DNA of 12,383 bases from Thermodesulfobacteriota bacterium (GTDB lineage Bacteria > Desulfobacterota_D > UBA1144 > Nemesobacterales > N074bin48): positions 1-12,383 of the forward strand of contig JBFFSH010000077.1 of assembly GCA_041572575.1 (NCBI GenBank), given 5' to 3'. Position 1 is the first letter of the stretch, and each line of letters starts with the position of its first letter. A model generated the notes under the pieces. It had not been told where the DNA came from and ran no database searches. It saw only the letters and a list, made by a program, of their open reading frames with translations. A program made the position numbers and the translations under genes. This document shows positions 7,645 to 12,383 of this stretch, one piece after another.

Positions 7645-9005
7645 GCTCAAGAAGGGTGCTGCTTCACGGAACAAACGCTATAATATTTATAACCGTTGTT
7701 ATTGGAATATTGATATTTGCAAACTATTTTGCTCTTAAAAACGGTGGCAGGATGGATTTGACCAAAGACAAGCTCTTTTCCATCTCCGATCAGACCAGGC
7801 AAATTCTTACCACTGTTGAGAGTGAAGTAGAGATAATAGGTTTTTTTAAGGAAGTAGGGCTGGATAGAAAGGAGTTCTTAACCCTTGCAAATCAATATAA
7901 AGAGTACTCCGATAAAGTTAAGCTTACAATGGTAGACCCTGATAAAAGCCCCGGGCTTGCAACACAGTATGGAATCACAGAATACTCTACGGTGGTTATC
8001 GCAAGGGACGAAGATAGTCTTAAGATAAACCTTACCGATCCGCTCTCAGACGGTATTATAAATACCTCGGAAAACGAGATAACAAATGCAATAATTAAGC
8101 TTGCAAAGGAAAGTAAGAAGACGCTCTATTTTATTATAGGTCATGGAGAAAGGGATACTGCAGATGTGTCTGATGTATCAGGGTTTGGACAGCTTGTAAA
8201 CGCTGTGAGGGATGAGGGGTATGAAGTATCTGAACTTCTTGTTAAACAAAATCTTGATCTGCCAAAGTATGATTCTATTCTGGTTGTAGCAGGTCCCAGG
8301 AAGACTCTATTACAAACCGAGATAGATGCTATAAAAAACTTTATCGATGAAGGCGGCAACACTATATTTATGCTTGAGCCCCAGGGCTCGCCTGAGCTTG
8401 TTAAGATGCTTTCGGGCTACGGCATAAAAATCGGAAATAATATTGTAATAGACCCTTCATCGAAGCTTGTGGGAGGAGGTGATGTGGCCCCCATAGTAGC
8501 ACAGTACCCTCAGCACAAAATCACAAGCGATTTTAAATTTGCAACGCTATTTCCTTTTGTAAGAACCGTAGAGCCGGTATCGTCAGAAGCTTCCAATATC
8601 GAGTCCATAGCAGCAACAAGTGAATACAGCTGGGCCGAGACCAACCTTGATCTGTTTGAGCAGGGTAAGGCTGATTTTGAATCAGGTGACAGGAAGGGGC
8701 CAGTGTCTGTAGCGGTAGTGGGGCAGCTTTCTGAGGGCGGTAAGATTGCAGTATTTGGAAGTGCAGAGTTTTCTTCGAACAGGTTTTTGCTTTTTTCAGG
8801 CAATAAAGATTATGTATTAAACGTAGTAAACTGGATATCCGGGGATGAAAATCTCATTACCATAAGACCTAAGGTTGCCGAGCAGGGTAAGATTGTTTTA
8901 ACCAGTTCGCAGCTTAAATTTTTCTTTGCCATAACCGTTATTCTTATTCCGCTTATAATATTAGCATCAGGAATATACGTGTGGTGGAAGAGAAAGAATA
9001 TGTAG
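7641..9005 (+). CDS. ABC transporter auxiliary component, GldG/IFT52 (GIFT)-like
   Basis: N-terminal TM helix, RMDLTKDKLFSIS, LYFIIGHGE, LVVAGP, FIDEGG, GPVSVAV, GNKDYVLNVVNW, C-terminal TM then WWKRK. Start placed at ATG 7641 (ATGA overlap with permease stop; GGAGAGG at 7629-7635) rather than GTG 7635. Confidence 0.88.
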   Translation: MSSRRVLLHGTNAIIFITVVIGILIFANYFALKNGGRMDLTKDKLFSISDQTRQILTTVESEVEIIGFFKEVGLDRKEFLTLANQYKEYSDKVKLTMVDPDKSPGLATQYGITEYSTVVIARDEDSLKINLTDPLSDGIINTSENEITNAIIKLAKESKKTLYFIIGHGERDTADVSDVSGFGQLVNAVRDEGYEVSELLVKQNLDLPKYDSILVVAGPRKTLLQTEIDAIKNFIDEGGNTIFMLEPQGSPELVKMLSGYGIKIGNNIVIDPSSKLVGGGDVAPIVAQYPQHKITSDFKFATLFPFVRTVEPVSSEASNIESIAATSEYSWAETNLDLFEQGKADFESGDRKGPVSVAVVGQLSEGGKIAVFGSAEFSSNRFLLFSGNKDYVLNVVNWISGDENLITIRPKVAEQGKIVLTSSQLKFFFAITVILIPLIILASGIYVWWKRKNM

Positions 9006-9023
9006 TCGTAAATAAATCCAATA

Positions 9024-10397
9024 ATGCCGGAACTTATCAAAAAATTTTATTCTACAGCAGTAGCTCTACTTATTCTTGTACTTGCAGGCTCATACTACCT
9101 ATTCTTTGAAAAGGGAGCAGAGCAAAAAGAGCAGCAGCAATCCAGGCTTTTTCCGGTACTTAAAAAAGAACAAATTGTTTCTGTAGACCTTGTTTATCCC
9201 GATCTTACTATTGTACTTTCCAGACATGATGAGCACTGGTATTTGATTAAAAAAGATAAGAGGTATAAAGCGGACAGCTTTACAGTCGATACAGTAGTTG
9301 ACGCCATAGTCGACCTTAAGGAAGGAATCCAGGTATCTGAAGTGGATGACAACCTGGCTCAGTATGGGTTAATTGATCCAATTGCGAAGGTTAGGTTTAG
9401 TGCGGATGGCAATGAGCATTCGATTGTGATTGGCGGTAACAGTCCAGTGGGCTCGGGAGTGTATGTTAAGCAGGCAGGCAAGTCCGGAGTAATTCTTTCA
9501 GACAGCAGTCTTGTCTGGCCTTTTATGGACAGGAAGTTTAATGATCTGAGAGACAGGGAAATTATTAACCTGGATGAAAATTTAATTACACGTGTCAGGT
9601 TTGAGGCCGGCGGCTTTTCTAAGTCATTTGATAAAAAGGGAGGCAGGTGGGATGGTTCGAATATCGCAGACTATATAGAACTCAACCAGCTTCAGATCGA
9701 GGGCATAGTGCGTTCATTCTCTGATTTGCGCGTGGTAGGATTCGAATCCGATGAACCAAAGAGTCTTTCTGATTACGGGCTTGATAAACCCGGAGCCGTT
9801 TTAACCATCACAGAAGGTGACAGGCAAATCACCTACTCATTTGGTAATAGAAAAGAGGACACGGACTATTATATGAAGCTTGGCGGAAGACCGTCGGTAT
9901 ATCTTGTCTCAAGCCATAACTTCGATCAGCTCCCACACTCTATAAATGATCTTAGAATAAAACAACTATTCAATATAAAAGAGGATGAAGTAGCCAGTGC
10001 CACAATTGAGAACAATGGTAGAGTAATTGATTTAAAAAAGCTAAATGGTTCATGGTCAATCAAAGATAGTGAGGGGCAGGTGGAACAGGGTAAAATTACA
10101 GGCTTAATATCTGAATTGATAAATCTGGAAGTGAAGGACTTTGCCGATGATACGCCAGAAGATTTGGGGGAGTATGGATTAGCTGACTCCGATATAAAGA
10201 TTACATTAAATGACAATCGGGCACTCTCTTTGCATCTTGGAAATCAAAAGGGAGATCTGGTTTATGCCAGGACGGCAGATAAGGATAGCGTGTATTTGCT
10301 GGATAGAGAAATGCTGGAGAGAATACCGGCAAGTGCAGATGATATTATAGAAAAATCAGATGCTCAGAATGTTAAATCCTTGCCTGAAGGTTTGTAG
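9024..10397 (+). CDS. Membrane-anchored DUF4340-like protein with three internal repeats
   Basis: N-terminal hydrophobic anchor; three LxxYGL motifs (Tyr 114, 251, 384); NDLRDR/NDLRIK repeat boundaries; usual position after GldG-like genes. Confidence 0.8.
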   Translation: MPELIKKFYSTAVALLILVLAGSYYLFFEKGAEQKEQQQSRLFPVLKKEQIVSVDLVYPDLTIVLSRHDEHWYLIKKDKRYKADSFTVDTVVDAIVDLKEGIQVSEVDDNLAQYGLIDPIAKVRFSADGNEHSIVIGGNSPVGSGVYVKQAGKSGVILSDSSLVWPFMDRKFNDLRDREIINLDENLITRVRFEAGGFSKSFDKKGGRWDGSNIADYIELNQLQIEGIVRSFSDLRVVGFESDEPKSLSDYGLDKPGAVLTITEGDRQITYSFGNRKEDTDYYMKLGGRPSVYLVSSHNFDQLPHSINDLRIKQLFNIKEDEVASATIENNGRVIDLKKLNGSWSIKDSEGQVEQGKITGLISELINLEVKDFADDTPEDLGEYGLADSDIKITLNDNRALSLHLGNQKGDLVYARTADKDSVYLLDREMLERIPASADDIIEKSDAQNVKSLPEGL

Positions 10398-10400
10398 TAT

Positions 10401-11159
10401 CTATAAACTTTTCCTCCATGCATAAAGTATTGAACTGCCAAATGGAAAAGTAATATATTTTAATAGAAATCTTTCGATGCTAAATATCTGATATAACAAT
10501 TTATTTATGGGACTATCATTGTTTACTATTGTAAAGTCAGAGCCGGCACCTTTTCTGATCAGACTGTCAGGAATAATCCTTGAGAGCAGTCTGAATGATA
10601 GTACCAGTGGTAAGAGTAAGGAATTGAAGTATGTTTTATAAATTTCTCTGCCACTATTATCTTTGGTATTAAATAAAGATACAATTTCGTTGCTTATGTA
10701 TCTTCTTTTATGCTGGTTTACTACATCATGATGACTCCATAGAATCATATATGCAGGGACAGTAATAAATATGTTTCCGCCATTATTGCAAACTCTCTTC
10801 ATTTCTTCTACAGATCTTAAATCATTTTCAATGTGTTCTATGACATCAAATGCACAGACCAGATCAAAAGAGTTGTTTTTAAAAGGGAGGTCCTCCGCTG
10901 ACGCTACTATTATTTTTTCGCCTGATCTCTCATAAGTAAAACTTGCGCATTCCTTGTCATACTCTATCGATGTTATATTGCCATAATTTTGCAAAAATTG
11001 ATTTGTGGCACCTGTGGCAATGCCAATGTTTAGTATCGAGAGGTTTTTATTGGAATTTATGAGTCTTTTGATTGCGTCATTAATAATCCTGGAACGTACA
11101 ACAAACCACCAATGATTACGCTCCAGGAAGTGGTACTCATTATAATAAGCTCTATCCAT
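10401..11159 (-). CDS. Class I SAM-dependent methyltransferase
   Basis: ERNHWWF, motif I variant LNIGIATG, SIEYD, SAEDLPFKNNSFDLVCAFDVIEHI, ITVPAYMILWSHHDVVNQHKRRY. This family is commonly found beside glycosyltransferases. Confidence 0.9.
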   Translation of the reverse strand: MDRAYYNEYHFLERNHWWFVVRSRIINDAIKRLINSNKNLSILNIGIATGATNQFLQNYGNITSIEYDKECASFTYERSGEKIIVASAEDLPFKNNSFDLVCAFDVIEHIENDLRSVEEMKRVCNNGGNIFITVPAYMILWSHHDVVNQHKRRYISNEIVSLFNTKDNSGREIYKTYFNSLLLPLVLSFRLLSRIIPDSLIRKGAGSDFTIVNNDSPINKLLYQIFSIERFLLKYITFPFGSSILYAWRKSL

Positions 11160-12105
11160 CCTTAGGTTTTTTGTTTTCGATTATTTGACTTATTGTATAT
11201 AGAGGCCTGTTTTTAACCTGAAAGAATATTCTTGTTACATATTCACCTATTACTCCCAGGGACACCAGCTGTACCCCGCTTAGCAGTATAATTATAAACA
11301 AAGTTGTTGTGAAGCCTTGGGGGACATTTTGATAAATTAGTTTGTGTATAATAGTGAAAGCTAAATATAAGAATGAAAAAAGTATTGATATTAACCCTAA
11401 ATATGTAATGAATTTAATAGGAAAATCACTAAAATTAAAAACTCCGGAATATGCAAGTCCGATTAGCTTTCTGAGAGTATATTTTGTCTCGCCATAACTT
11501 CTCTCATCCCTTTCATATACAATACCGGTTTGTTTAAATCCAATCCAGCTTCTCATGCCTCTCAGGTATCGGCTCTCTTCTGGCATCTTATTCATAATAT
11601 TTACAACTCTCATGCTTATAAGAGAGAAATCTCCACTATCCAGAGGTATATTAAAATTAGAAATCAGATTTAACAGTCTGTAAAAAAGCCAGTATGAAAC
11701 TCTTTTGAAAAAGTCCTCTTTTCTTTTTGTTCTTATTGCATATACAACGTCATAGCCCTGTTTGTATTTTTCATACATCTGTTCCAGCAGCTCCGGAGGG
11801 TCCTGCAGGTCTCCGTCTATTATCATAACGGCTTCAGTAGCCGATACATTTGCAAGCCCTGCGGTTAGTGCTAGCTGGTGTCCATGATTTCTGGAAAGGA
11901 AAACAGATTTGTAAGTGCTATCACTGAGTGACAATTCTTCCATAAGTTCAGATGTGCGATCCGTGCTTCCATCATCTATTAGTACCACTTCAATTTTGAA
12001 TGGTAGTTCTTTTTTAAGTTTATTTAATCTCTGCACTAATATGGGAAATGATTCCTCTTCATTGTACAGTGGAATTACTATTGAAACTGTGGGTTTGGCA
12101 CTCAT
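11152..12105 (-). CDS. GT2 polyprenyl-phosphate glycosyltransferase (GtrB/YkoT/ArnC-like)
   Basis: SIVIPLYNEE, IDDGSTD, SRNHGHQ, DGDLQDPPE, GYDVVYA, GDFSL, two C-terminal TM helices, GEYVTRIF...RPLY. Overlaps the methyltransferase by 8 bp. Confidence 0.92.
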   Translation of the reverse strand: MSAKPTVSIVIPLYNEEESFPILVQRLNKLKKELPFKIEVVLIDDGSTDRTSELMEELSLSDSTYKSVFLSRNHGHQLALTAGLANVSATEAVMIIDGDLQDPPELLEQMYEKYKQGYDVVYAIRTKRKEDFFKRVSYWLFYRLLNLISNFNIPLDSGDFSLISMRVVNIMNKMPEESRYLRGMRSWIGFKQTGIVYERDERSYGETKYTLRKLIGLAYSGVFNFSDFPIKFITYLGLISILFSFLYLAFTIIHKLIYQNVPQGFTTTLFIIILLSGVQLVSLGVIGEYVTRIFFQVKNRPLYTISQIIENKKPKDG

Positions 12106-12205
12106 TTGAATAAGTATAATAACCTAAACTAATCTAAATTAATATATGTATAAGTACTAATACTATATAAATTATTCTATTTTCAGATCATAAATATAAA
12201 AGAAT

Positions 12206-12382
12206 TTAGCTGCCATCGTTTTGCTTCTTCTTGATATTAATCCCAAGCTCCAGTAGTTGGTTTAAGTCCACTTCAGATGGTGCTTCAGTAAGCGGGCAGA
12301 AGGCTTTCTGTGTTTTTGGAAACGCAATTACATCCCTTATAGAGGTGGCCCCCGAAAGCAGCATTATGAGCCTGTCCAGGCC
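12206..12382 (-). CDS. aspS: Aspartate--tRNA ligase, C-terminal 58 aa (window-truncated)
   Basis: Minus-strand translation [58 protein letters not shown] contains class II motif 3 (GLDR) and the bacterial AspRS signature [10 protein letters not shown]...APS. Not in the ORF track. Confidence 0.95.
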   Translation of the reverse strand, partial: GLDRLIMLLSGATSIRDVIAFPKTQKAFCPLTEAPSEVDLNQLLELGINIKKKQNDGS

Positions 12383-12383
12383 A

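Noticed and set aside
5893..10216. Minus-strand ORFs overlapping the ABC operon (e.g. 5936-6301)
   Set aside because: Antisense shadows of conserved genes with no independent support.
12106..12205. Short imperfect repeats (ACCTAAACTA/ATCTAAATTA; TAAGTA twice, 40 bp apart) as iterons or a CRISPR remnant
   Set aside because: Too short and degenerate for such AT-rich DNA; no regular repeat-spacer structure.
1..12383. CRISPR array, tRNA, rRNA or intrinsic terminators
   Set aside because: The window is almost entirely coding, and I found no such repeat, cloverleaf or GC-rich hairpin plus U-tract in the intergenic gaps.

Overview
Bacterial chromosomal window that is mostly housekeeping, with accessory DNA at both ends. 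Left to right: the 3' tail of a probable IS256-type (IS1249-like/variant) transposase and its likely terminal inverted repeat (1-139); an atypical SF4 helicase built as DnaB N-terminal domain + RepA/AAA_25-type motor + C-terminal winged helix (171-1562, +); sucA-sucB (2-oxoglutarate dehydrogenase E1/E2, minus strand, no lpdA following); a very AT-rich divergent promoter region (5688-5971) holding a 14-bp palindrome and an 11-mer shared by both predicted start sites; a four-gene GldA/GldF/GldG-like ABC system with a triple-repeat DUF4340-like protein (5972-10397, +); an AT-rich GT2 glycosyltransferase + SAM methyltransferase cassette (10401-12105, minus); and the 3' end of aspS (12206-end, minus), which the ORF track omits. 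I saw no rRNA, tRNA or CRISPR array. The best novelty candidate is the DnaB-N/RepA/wHTH helicase behind an IS end; I cannot show a complete new system from this window alone. Family assignments come from motif recognition by eye, not database searches.
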